Assembly: GCA_965204435.1 (NCBI GenBank)
Contig: OZ241997.1
Location: 5,113,132-5,177,131, forward strand
DNA: 64,000 nt
From: Bryobacterales bacterium
GTDB lineage: Bacteria; Acidobacteriota; Terriglobia; Bryobacterales; UBA6623
Direction of reading: 5' to 3'
A program made the position numbers and the translations under genes. Positions 27,392 to 35,881 of the stretch are shown here, piece by piece. How positions within the stretch are numbered: position 1 is the first letter of the stretch; each line of letters begins with the position of its first letter. Under the pieces are notes generated by a model. It saw only the letters and a list, made by a program, of their open reading frames with translations, was not told the DNA's origin and did no database searches.

Positions 27392-28831
27392 CTATTCCAC
27401 CCGGGCCGGCTTTCCGGCCTTGTAGCTCTGCCAAGCGAACCAGTAGGCGACATGCCCGGGGAGCCGGGCGAGGCTCTCGCCGCCCGGTCCGGCAAGGGAG
27501 GCCTCGGTGACGGTCCATTGCGTCCCCTCGCTCGTCACCCGGGGCGGGTCCTTCTCGGTTGCGACAAATGTCCGTCCTCCCGATTCGTAGGCGCGGACCG
27601 TCTCCGTTTGGGCATTTCCGATCAGGACCACATCACGCGGGCCCACTTTGTCGTGGATGACGGCGCCGCCTCTGAAGAGCGAGAGGGCCCAGGCCATTTC
27701 GTTGGCTCCGTCCCGCAGAACGAAGATACGGTCCTTCGGCGCGAGCCGACGATCTCGGACCACCACAGGAAACATGAGATCGGGGCTTGCAAAATAATCG
27801 CCGTACGCTCGTCCGGGCCGATAGTCTCGATCGAAGCCGGTGTCGAGGGAGAGTGCCGTGGTGTCCGGATGGGCGGCGAGCCAGTCCTGCCAGCTCGTGA
27901 TCACCACCGGCAGGACCTTGAGTTCGATGCCGGACTTGGCCAGCTTCCCCACCACGGGCCGCCCGGTGAATTGATTCCAGAGCGACTTCGTCTGGGTGTC
28001 GTACATGAGCTTGTTCGACCGATAGAGAAGGCCGGAAGAGCCGAAGACGAAAGGCGTCCGACGGTCGCGGACCCGGGCGTCGAAGAGGATGCCCGACCCG
28101 CAGAGCGTGCAGTAGGCGAGGGACACCGGGACGCCGCCTACGACGTCGTTAATCATCTCGTGCCAGTCGAGGATGCGGAGCGGATAGGCGCGCGAGTCGC
28201 CATTGATGCTGATCCCGAAGACCAGTTCCCGGTCGGTGAGGTAGGTCGCTTCACCGGCGGGGATCTGTTTGGCGTTCACCAGCGCGGGGATCCCATCCTT
28301 CTTGACCCCTCCCCAAACGATCTCCTCGACACGGATCTCGTGCCTCACCCCCGGGTAGAGGAAGCCGCGGAAATTGCTGTCGACCCCGGCGAGGAGGTCT
28401 GCCTTGAAGGACACGAACTCCCGGTAGGGGCGGACCTCGGTGTTCTCCTCCAGCCACTCCATCCACGCCGTCCAGTCGTGCGGGATCTCGGCTCCCGCGA
28501 GTTCTTGGAGCGCGTCGAGAAGCCGGACGTCAGAGTCGGGCAAGACGCGTAGCGCCGTGATGAGAGCCGGAATGACGTCCTTCTTGTTGCGTTTGACCAA
28601 GAAGCGTAGCGCTCGCTCCCGGTCTGCCCAGTTCCGTGAGAACAACGCCGTGCGCACAGTCGCAGCGATGTCGGCTCCCGGTTGGGGAATACTGCGGCGA
28701 AGTGGGGCATTGCCCGAGGTGTCATCAGGAAGCCTGGGCCCTTGGGCAGGGAATTGGGCACCGACTTCGGAGACGTTGCCGAAGAGCAGTAGTCCGGCGA
28801 GCAGCAACGCGAAGCGAATCACTCGGTGCAT
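27392..28831 (-). CDS. DUF3179 domain protein, secreted
   Basis: Signal peptide MHRVIRFALLLAGLLLFGNVSEVGAQ. The DUF3179 core is DGIPAL...RAYPLRILDWHEMINDVVGGVPVSLAYCTLCGSG...SSGLLYRSNKLMYD..TKSLW. Confidence 0.7.
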   Translation of the reverse strand: MHRVIRFALLLAGLLLFGNVSEVGAQFPAQGPRLPDDTSGNAPLRRSIPQPGADIAATVRTALFSRNWADRERALRFLVKRNKKDVIPALITALRVLPDSDVRLLDALQELAGAEIPHDWTAWMEWLEENTEVRPYREFVSFKADLLAGVDSNFRGFLYPGVRHEIRVEEIVWGGVKKDGIPALVNAKQIPAGEATYLTDRELVFGISINGDSRAYPLRILDWHEMINDVVGGVPVSLAYCTLCGSGILFDARVRDRRTPFVFGSSGLLYRSNKLMYDTQTKSLWNQFTGRPVVGKLAKSGIELKVLPVVITSWQDWLAAHPDTTALSLDTGFDRDYRPGRAYGDYFASPDLMFPVVVRDRRLAPKDRIFVLRDGANEMAWALSLFRGGAVIHDKVGPRDVVLIGNAQTETVRAYESGGRTFVATEKDPPRVTSEGTQWTVTEASLAGPGGESLARLPGHVAYWFAWQSYKAGKPARVE

Positions 28832-29266
28832 GACGGAATCAGTCTAGTCCAGCGAAAGCGTCTTCGCGATTCCGCTGGCGCCGCCGGAGCGGACCCAAAG
28901 CCTCTCCGCCTGGACGCGCTTGCCCCTCTCTTGGCACTGCCGATCGGCTTGGTGGACCATGCGGGCTGAACCGTGAGCGGACGGCCTGCTGTGAATCCGT
29001 GCGCGACTGAAGCGGCAGTGTCCTCGGGCTCGGGCGAGGGAATACCTCGAAATGGCTTGGAGCTGTCTGTCGGATCACTCTTTTCTCGTTGTCCAGACGA
29101 TCGATACCGCAGTCGGAGCGATCGCAGTCGTGCCGCGCCGAACCAAGGCACCCGATTCTGGCAGATTGTGATTCAATCAGCATGAACCACCCGCGTCCGC
29201 ATGGGCCTCGCTTCGTTCGGATTGCAGTCGCGACGCAGCTGGCGTCTTCGATGGCGGGAAAGATCC

Positions 29267-30322
29267 ATGGGCGATCAACCCAATCCTAGAATCAGGTCGA
29301 TTGCCACGGCAGTGCCGGGCCACCGGATGACCCAGGACGAGGTAAAGAACTTCAGCGCCGCGTTCTTTGCCGGTGCCATTTCGGGTCTTGGGAGTCTCTT
29401 GGGCATCTTCAGCAATGCCGCCATCGGGGCAGGATATGTCTGCGCCCCCCGGAGCTGGTACGAAGGCGGCGAACATGGCTTCGAGGAAAAGAACCGTCTG
29501 TACATCGAGAACGCGATTTCACTGCTGAAGGAGGCCGCCGTCGAAAGCTTGGCCGCCAGCGGTCTGGAACCGAAAGACATCGACCTGATGGTGACCGTCT
29601 CGACCACTGGAATCGCCACTCCCAGCCTAGACGCCAGGCTGATGAACGAACTGCCCTTCCGCCGCGACGTGCAAAGATTGCCGATCTTCGGGCTGGGATG
29701 CGGCGGGGGCGTGCTGGGACTGGCTCGTGCCGCCGCCTGCGTGCGAGCCCGGCCGGGCAGCCGCGTCCTGTTGCTCGTTGTCGAGCTTTGCACCCTTACG
29801 TTCCGATCCCGCGATCGATCGGTTCGAAACCTTGTGGCGACGGCCCTCTTCCGCGACGGTGCCGCCGCGGCTGTGCTGACGGACCACGGGCCGGGACCGG
29901 AGGTCTCGGGGTGGGGCGAATACACTTGGCCAGACTCGCTCGACATCATGGGGTGGGACGTAGCGGACGACGGTCTGGCAGTGGTTTTCTCTCGGAGCAT
30001 TCCCGAGCTGGTCCGCGCGCGGATGCGACGTGTGACCGAGGAGTTCTTGGCCTCTCAGGGCCTTGGGCTCCAGGATATCGACAGCTTTATTTGCCATCCC
30101 GGTGGTGCCAAAGTGCTGGATGCCCTGGAATCTGCGTTCAACCTTCAGCCCGGTGGCCTTGAAGAGTCTCGAGCCGTTCTTCGTGACTACGGCAACATGT
30201 CCGCCGCAACCGTCTTGTTCGTTCTCAAGCGTTCGCTCGAACACAAGGCACCGAGACGCCACTTGTTGACGAGCCTGGGCCCAGGTTTTTCGGCTGCGTT
30301 TCTAGTCCTGCAATCAACGTGA
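29267..30322 (+). CDS. type III polyketide synthase (chalcone/stilbene synthase family)
   Basis: The catalytic Cys-His-Asn context is present: IFGLGCGGGVLGL, FICHPGGAKVLD, DYGNMSAATVLFVL. Start set at MGDQPNPRIRSIATAVPGH (29267). Confidence 0.85.
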   Translation: MGDQPNPRIRSIATAVPGHRMTQDEVKNFSAAFFAGAISGLGSLLGIFSNAAIGAGYVCAPRSWYEGGEHGFEEKNRLYIENAISLLKEAAVESLAASGLEPKDIDLMVTVSTTGIATPSLDARLMNELPFRRDVQRLPIFGLGCGGGVLGLARAAACVRARPGSRVLLLVVELCTLTFRSRDRSVRNLVATALFRDGAAAAVLTDHGPGPEVSGWGEYTWPDSLDIMGWDVADDGLAVVFSRSIPELVRARMRRVTEEFLASQGLGLQDIDSFICHPGGAKVLDALESAFNLQPGGLEESRAVLRDYGNMSAATVLFVLKRSLEHKAPRRHLLTSLGPGFSAAFLVLQST

Positions 30323-30921
30323 ATGTCATCAGCCCGCTCTACGCGGTCATCGGCTTCCTTGTGGTTCAGCGGCTGGCAGAACTCGTCTTGGCGCGCCGTA
30401 ATCACCGGGCGTTGCTGGCCCGGGGTGCGATCGAATTCGGCCAGCGGCACTACAAGGCCTTCGTAACCCTGCACGCCGCCTGGCTGCTGGCTCTTCTTGT
30501 CACGATCGACCCCTGGACCTCGGTGTCGATTCCGTGGCTCGCTGTGTTCGGCCTGTTGCAGTGCGGGCGAATTTGGGTGATTGCGACCTTGGGGGCGCGA
30601 TGGACGACCCGTGTCATCGTCCTTCCTCGCGCCACGCGCATTCGTAGCGGCCCGTACCGCTTCGTCGATCACCCTAACTATCTGATTGTCTGCGGCGAGA
30701 TCGCCGTCGTGCCGCTGATGTTCGGAGCGTGGACTCTGGCGGTGGTCGCGTCCGCGCTGAACCTGCTGTTGCTTCGCAAGAGACTCGTCGTTGAGAACAA
30801 GGCACTCGCGGAGGTTTACGATCAGCCAAGCCCATCGCCACCCAGTGCGGAAGGTCCGGCCTCTAACTCGCAGGGCAACTGGAGGGGCGTGCCGCGAGAA
30901 GACGCCCGATCCGTTCCCTGA
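30319..30921 (+). CDS. isoprenylcysteine carboxyl methyltransferase (ICMT)-family membrane methyltransferase
   Basis: The GTG start overlaps the PKS stop (GTGA at 30319-30322). 4-5 TM helices. The motif SGPYRFVDHPNYLIVCGEI is present. Confidence 0.8.
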   Translation: MNVISPLYAVIGFLVVQRLAELVLARRNHRALLARGAIEFGQRHYKAFVTLHAAWLLALLVTIDPWTSVSIPWLAVFGLLQCGRIWVIATLGARWTTRVIVLPRATRIRSGPYRFVDHPNYLIVCGEIAVVPLMFGAWTLAVVASALNLLLLRKRLVVENKALAEVYDQPSPSPPSAEGPASNSQGNWRGVPREDARSVP

Positions 30922-31362
30922 TCCTGCATTCGTTGCAGAGATGCGCTAGCGACTCGACAGCTCTTGACGCCCGGCGGAGAGGGGCCTAAGGAGTAGCCAG
31001 CGATGCGGCCAACGGCTTCGAGACAGCCTGGGGCCTTGCTGCCAGTCGTTCGATTGGGCCGCGTCCTTGGTGGACCGGGCATGTCCCGTCGCACCGTCGG
31101 CACAGGCCGAAAACGCTCTATCCCGGATCCGCAAACCCCTTAGGCATTGGTGAACCCGACAGCGGCCAAGTTTGCTGCCAGATTTGCTAAGATCAAGGCT
31201 TCGTTACCTACGCTTGCGGACCCGAGGGCGTCCGGTCGCGACGCTCCGAGCCCAACCTCCGATCAATCAGATAGCACCGGCTCTGCGCACGGTGGGCGCG
31301 GGACTGTTGAGTCCGCGCAGAGCGTCTGGCAACGCGATCCAAGACAGAGGGAAATCACCAAC

Positions 31363-34020
31363 ATGGCAAAGCATGTGTTCTCATTCGGCGGCTCCAAGAC
31401 CGATGGCGACAGGTCTATGCGCGACACGCTCGGCGGCAAGGGCGCCAATCTGGCCGAGATGGCCTTGGCGGGAGTGCCTGTCCCGCCCGGCTTCACCGTT
31501 TCCACACAGGTCTGCAACATGTATCTCGCGGCTGGCAACCGCGTGCCCGACGAGGTCGAGGACGAAATGGCGGCCGCCCTGCAGCACCTTGAGAGCGACA
31601 TGGGCAAGAAGCTCGGCGATGCCGCCAACCCGCTGCTGCTGTCAGTGCGTTCCGGCGCGAAGTTCTCCATGCCAGGCATGATGGACACGATCCTCAACCT
31701 CGGCCTCAACGACAGCGCCACCGAAGGCCTCGCTGCTTTGAGCGGCAAGCGGACCTTCGCACTGGACTGCTACCGGCGCTTCATCATGATGTTCGCCGAC
31801 GTCGTCATGGGCGTGTCCAAGGGGGAGTTCGAGGAGATTCTCGAGGACATCAAGGAAGCCGCGGGTGCCGAGAATGACATGGACCTTGATGCCGAGCAGC
31901 TGGCGGGGGTGGTCGAGGCGTTCAAGGCCCACTACAAGAATTCACTCGGCGAGGACTTCCCGCAGGACGCGCAGCAACAGCTCAAGATGGCCCGTGACGC
32001 GGTCTTCCGGTCTTGGGACAATCCCCGCGCCAACCACTACCGGCGCATGAATGACATCCCGCACGACCTCGGCACGGCCGTCAACGTGCAGGCGATGGTG
32101 TTCGGCAACCTCGGCGAGACTTCTGCGACGGGCGTAGGCTTCACACGCGATCCTGCCACGGGTGCCAACGAGTTCTACGGAGAGTTCTTGGTCAATGCGC
32201 AGGGCGAGGATGTCGTGGCAGGGATTCGCACCCCCCGCCCGATCAACGAACTCGAGGCAGTGCTGCCCGAGGCCTACGGCGAGCTCCGCACAATCACGGC
32301 CCAGCTAGAGCAGCACTACCGCGACGTGCAGGACTTCGAGTTCACGATCGAGGAGGGCAAGCTGTTCATGCTGCAGACGCGCAACGGCAAGCGAACTGGT
32401 GCCGCCGCGGTGAAGTTTGCCGTTGACATGGTCGACGAAGGGCTGATCAATGAGCGCGAAGCCGTCATGCGGGTCGAGCCGCAGCACTTGGACCAGCTGC
32501 TGCATCCCGTGATCGAGCCCTCGTCGAAGGGACAGCTCACCACCCTCACAGTGGGCCTGCCGGCCTCTCCCGGCGCCGCTGTCGGCCGAATCGTTTTCAC
32601 GGCCGATGCTGCCGTGGAAGAGGCCGCCAGTGGCAACGCCGTGGTGCTGGTGCGGGCGGAGACCACGCCGGAGGACATTCACGGCATGGAAGCTGCCAAG
32701 GGCATCCTGACTTCTCGGGGCGGCATGACCTCGCACGCTGCCGTGGTGGCTCGCGGCATGGGCTCGCCCTGCGTTGCCGGCGCGGGCGACGTGAATGTCG
32801 ACGCCAAGGCCGGCCGAATCTCCTGCAAGGGCCACACGCTGAGTGAGGGCGACTGGATTTCCATCGATGGCTCGACCGGCGAGGTATTCGCTGGCCAGGC
32901 CAGCACCATCGACCCTGACCCCACTTCAGGCGACTTCGCTCAGTTCATGGAGCATGTCGACAAGTACCGCACCGCCAGGGTGCGGGCCAACGCCGAGACG
33001 CCGCGCGACGCTCGCACGGCCCGGAATTTCGGTGCCGAGGGCATCGGCCTTTGCCGCACGGAGCACATGTTTTTCGAGCCCCACCGAATCGAGCACGTTC
33101 GCCAGATGATTCTGGCGGAGGATGCCGAAACGCGCGCGGCCGCGCTGAGCGAGCTGCTGCCGATGCAAAGGCAGGACTTCGTCGAACTCTTCGAGGTTAT
33201 GGACGGCTTCCCAGTCATCGTGCGCACGCTCGATCCGCCCCTGCACGAGTTCTTGCCTAAGCGCGAAGAGCTGATGGTGGAACTGGCACAATTGCAAGCC
33301 GGCGGCGGGGACGAGGCCAAGCAGAAGGAAGTCTCGGCGCTGTTGGAGCGCGTGGAAGAACTACACGAGTTCAACCCGATGCTGGGACATCGCGGCTGCC
33401 GGCTGGGGATCACATTCCCCGAGATCACTGCGATGCAAGCGCGGGCAATCTTCGAGGCGGCCGTGGAATGCGCCGAGAAGGGCGTCGACGCGATCCCGGA
33501 AGTGATGATTCCGCTGGTTGGCAACCACAAGGAACTCGAGAATCAGAAGAAAGTGGTGGTCGACACTGCCAACGAGGTATTTGCTGCGGCCGGGCGGAAG
33601 GTCCACTACAAGGTCGGGACAATGATCGAGGTGCCGCGGGGAGCGCTGACTGCCGACGAGATCGCGCAGCACGCCGAGTTCTTCAGCTTCGGCACGAACG
33701 ACCTGACCCAGACCACGTTTGGCTTCAGCCGCGATGATTCCGGGACCTTTATCAACCCGTATTTGGAAGCGGGCATTCTTGAGAACGACCCGTTCCAAGT
33801 GCTGGACTCGAGCGGTGTCGGGCAGCTGGTTGAAATCGCCCTGGAGAAGGGACGCAAGACCCGTCCTGGACTCGAGGTGGGAATCTGTGGCGAGCACGGC
33901 GGTGATCCGAAATCTGTGACCTTCTGCGTTCGCGCCGGGTTGAACTATGTAAGCTGCTCGCCGTATCGCGTGCCCATCGCGCGCCTGGCCGCGGCACAGG
34001 CTGCGATCTCGGCGAACTAG
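31363..34020 (+). CDS. ppdK: pyruvate, phosphate dikinase
   Basis: MAKHVFSFGG...GGKGANLAEM and the phospho-His region GILTSRGGMTSHAAVVARGMG. Also the PEP-utilising C-terminal domain (CGEHGGDP). SD GAGGGAAA lies upstream of ATG 31363. Confidence 0.95.
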   Translation: MAKHVFSFGGSKTDGDRSMRDTLGGKGANLAEMALAGVPVPPGFTVSTQVCNMYLAAGNRVPDEVEDEMAAALQHLESDMGKKLGDAANPLLLSVRSGAKFSMPGMMDTILNLGLNDSATEGLAALSGKRTFALDCYRRFIMMFADVVMGVSKGEFEEILEDIKEAAGAENDMDLDAEQLAGVVEAFKAHYKNSLGEDFPQDAQQQLKMARDAVFRSWDNPRANHYRRMNDIPHDLGTAVNVQAMVFGNLGETSATGVGFTRDPATGANEFYGEFLVNAQGEDVVAGIRTPRPINELEAVLPEAYGELRTITAQLEQHYRDVQDFEFTIEEGKLFMLQTRNGKRTGAAAVKFAVDMVDEGLINEREAVMRVEPQHLDQLLHPVIEPSSKGQLTTLTVGLPASPGAAVGRIVFTADAAVEEAASGNAVVLVRAETTPEDIHGMEAAKGILTSRGGMTSHAAVVARGMGSPCVAGAGDVNVDAKAGRISCKGHTLSEGDWISIDGSTGEVFAGQASTIDPDPTSGDFAQFMEHVDKYRTARVRANAETPRDARTARNFGAEGIGLCRTEHMFFEPHRIEHVRQMILAEDAETRAAALSELLPMQRQDFVELFEVMDGFPVIVRTLDPPLHEFLPKREELMVELAQLQAGGGDEAKQKEVSALLERVEELHEFNPMLGHRGCRLGITFPEITAMQARAIFEAAVECAEKGVDAIPEVMIPLVGNHKELENQKKVVVDTANEVFAAAGRKVHYKVGTMIEVPRGALTADEIAQHAEFFSFGTNDLTQTTFGFSRDDSGTFINPYLEAGILENDPFQVLDSSGVGQLVEIALEKGRKTRPGLEVGICGEHGGDPKSVTFCVRAGLNYVSCSPYRVPIARLAAAQAAISAN

Positions 34021-34023
34021 TTT

Positions 34024-34045
34024 CCGTACCTGCAGGTGCGGTTTT
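34024..34045 (+). terminator. rho-independent terminator candidate for ppdK
   Basis: ccgtacc (34024-34030) / ggtgcgg (34035-34041) form a 7-bp stem with one G-U pair and loop tgca. A TTTT run follows at 34042-34045, starting 4 nt after the ppdK stop. Confidence 0.5.
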
Positions 34046-34059
34046 GCAAGGACGCTCGC

Positions 34060-34241
34060 CTAGTACCGCCCCGAGGGGCACGGATCGTTCAGTTTGAATC
34101 CCGGCGAGTAGGGTCGGGGAGGAATCCCCGGCACACCACGGTCCCGCTCGGCGGGGACCTGCCCGCAACGGCGGTAGGAGTCCAGGTGCGGCAGGAAAAG
34201 GGGACAGGGAAGACATGGAATATGGGAACCTGTCCCCCTTT
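34060..34241 (+). other. cluster of stable stem-loops in a 590-bp non-coding gap (candidate structured RNA or REP-like element)
   Basis: Hairpins read by hand: 34115-34130 cggggaGGAAtccccg (6 bp, GNRA loop). 34140-34159 ggtcccgc-tcg-gcggggacc (8 bp, one bulge). 34197-34241 aaaggggacagg...cctgtcccccttt (12 bp, one bulge, 20-nt loop). No convincing ORF. Confidence 0.25.
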
Positions 34242-34613
34242 GCTGGCGATTCCCCACCTAATCCGACTCGGAATAATCCGGTTCAAGACCGTGACCGTCT
34301 AACGAATCATTTCGGCTGACAACAGCGCCATTGCCTGCGTCTGGTTATACGGTCCGCCAATTCTGCGATTGACGAGCACAAAGAGTCGCCGATGCGATAC
34401 AAACAGTGAGGGTTGCTCTGCGACGAGTGGCAAAATGCTTATTTCGGATCACGGCCCCAAGAGGCAGAAGGGATTGGTCGCGGGTTCTGCAGTCCAGAGA
34501 AGAGACGTGTCCGAGTCGGCCCTCCGCCTAGCACTGGGTTTTTCGATCGCCGCCTCTAACCGTAGTGCGATGCCCGGACTTCGAGCGGCTTCTGCTGCCA
34601 GCAGGAGGAAGCC

Positions 34614-35825
34614 ATGAACTTAGCGAAGACGATTCCAGCCACGTGCTTGACCATCGCCATGCTCGCCGCATGCGGAGGCGGGGCGCAGGCTCCTCAGACC
34701 GACGGCGAAAGCCTGTCGGTCCGCTCGCTGAGCGCTGCCGACTACCTTGAGAAGGTTCACGGCGGTTGGCTCGGCGAGGCGGTCGGGAGCGCTCTGGGGA
34801 TGAGCGTGCAGAGGATGCACAAGCAGGACCTCAAGTCGTTCCTCACCGATTTGGGGCAGTGGCCGCTTACCGACTACATCAAGACACTGCGGCCTAGCCT
34901 GGATCCAGACCGCGAGAAATGGTACACGGCGGATCATTGGGGTCCGCCCGGGTTTGGTCCCGACGATGACTCGCTCTTCCAAGTCGCGAATCTGCTGTTG
35001 ATCGAGGAAACGGGGCCCGAGATCACCAGCCAGGACATCGCCGACCAGTGGCTCGCGTCCTTCTCGGTGTTCGAGGCCCAGAACTGCGGTCGCGCCGTGA
35101 GGGTTGCGGAGCGACTCTTGAAGGAGGGAGTGAGGCCTCCAGAGTCTGGCCAGCATGAAGCGGGCGAGTTCATGGGGGGCCAGATGAAGGGGGAATTCTG
35201 GGGCTTCGTGCTGCCCGGGAATCCGGAAGCGGCCGCCGAGTACGGGCGGATGGACGGCGAGGTTGCCTTTCATACCGCCGGCGTTTACGGCGAGATGTTC
35301 ATGGCGGCCGTGACAGCCGAGGCTTTCTTTGAGTCCGATCCGGCCAAGCTCTTGGAGGCAGGGCTCGCGGCAGTCCCCGGGGACAGCGACTACGCCCGTT
35401 GCATCCGAGACGTGATGCAGTGGCACGAGCAGTGGCCAGACGACTGGGAAAAGGCTCATGAGCAGATCGATGTCAAGTGGGCACCCGAGGGTGCCAAGAA
35501 CCGCCGCGTGTTCCCGAACAACGCGGTGATCGCATTGGCTCTGCTCTATGGCGAGGGCGACTTCGACAAGACGGTCGGAATTGCTGTCATGGCTGGCTGG
35601 GACACGGACACGAATGCGGGCGACGTCGCGCCCGTGCTGGGAGTCATCCTCGGGGCGGGGGCGATCGCCGAGAAGTGGACCCAGCCCATCGCGAACATCT
35701 TTCGCAGTGACGTGAAAGGTGCTGAGGAGTTGGAGATCGACGAGCTAGCCCGTCGCACGGCCGCCGCCGGCACACGGATGACAGCGGCAAAGTCTGCTGG
35801 CTTGGTCCAGATCGTCACTCAGTAG
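34614..35825 (+). CDS. ADP-ribosylglycohydrolase-family protein, probable lipoprotein
   Basis: Signal/lipobox-like MNLAKTIPATCLTIAMLAACGG. The C-terminal metal-site motif GWDTDTNAGDVAPVLGVILGA is typical of the ARH family. SD AGGAGGAA lies upstream. Confidence 0.65.
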   Translation: MNLAKTIPATCLTIAMLAACGGGAQAPQTDGESLSVRSLSAADYLEKVHGGWLGEAVGSALGMSVQRMHKQDLKSFLTDLGQWPLTDYIKTLRPSLDPDREKWYTADHWGPPGFGPDDDSLFQVANLLLIEETGPEITSQDIADQWLASFSVFEAQNCGRAVRVAERLLKEGVRPPESGQHEAGEFMGGQMKGEFWGFVLPGNPEAAAEYGRMDGEVAFHTAGVYGEMFMAAVTAEAFFESDPAKLLEAGLAAVPGDSDYARCIRDVMQWHEQWPDDWEKAHEQIDVKWAPEGAKNRRVFPNNAVIALALLYGEGDFDKTVGIAVMAGWDTDTNAGDVAPVLGVILGAGAIAEKWTQPIANIFRSDVKGAEELEIDELARRTAAAGTRMTAAKSAGLVQIVTQ

Positions 35826-35881
35826 GGAATCGCGAGCAGGCCCACCGCGGGTGGGGGAGGCCTGGCGGCTCGCTGGGAAGC

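Noticed and set aside
34091-34104. agtttgaatcccggc, T-arm-like string in the ppdK downstream gap; also considered tmRNA, SRP RNA and RNase P RNA for this gap
   Set aside because: There is no complementary 5' half of a T-stem. None of the conserved tmRNA, 4.5S or RNase P core sequences that I can recall are present. I kept it only as an unclassified hairpin cluster.
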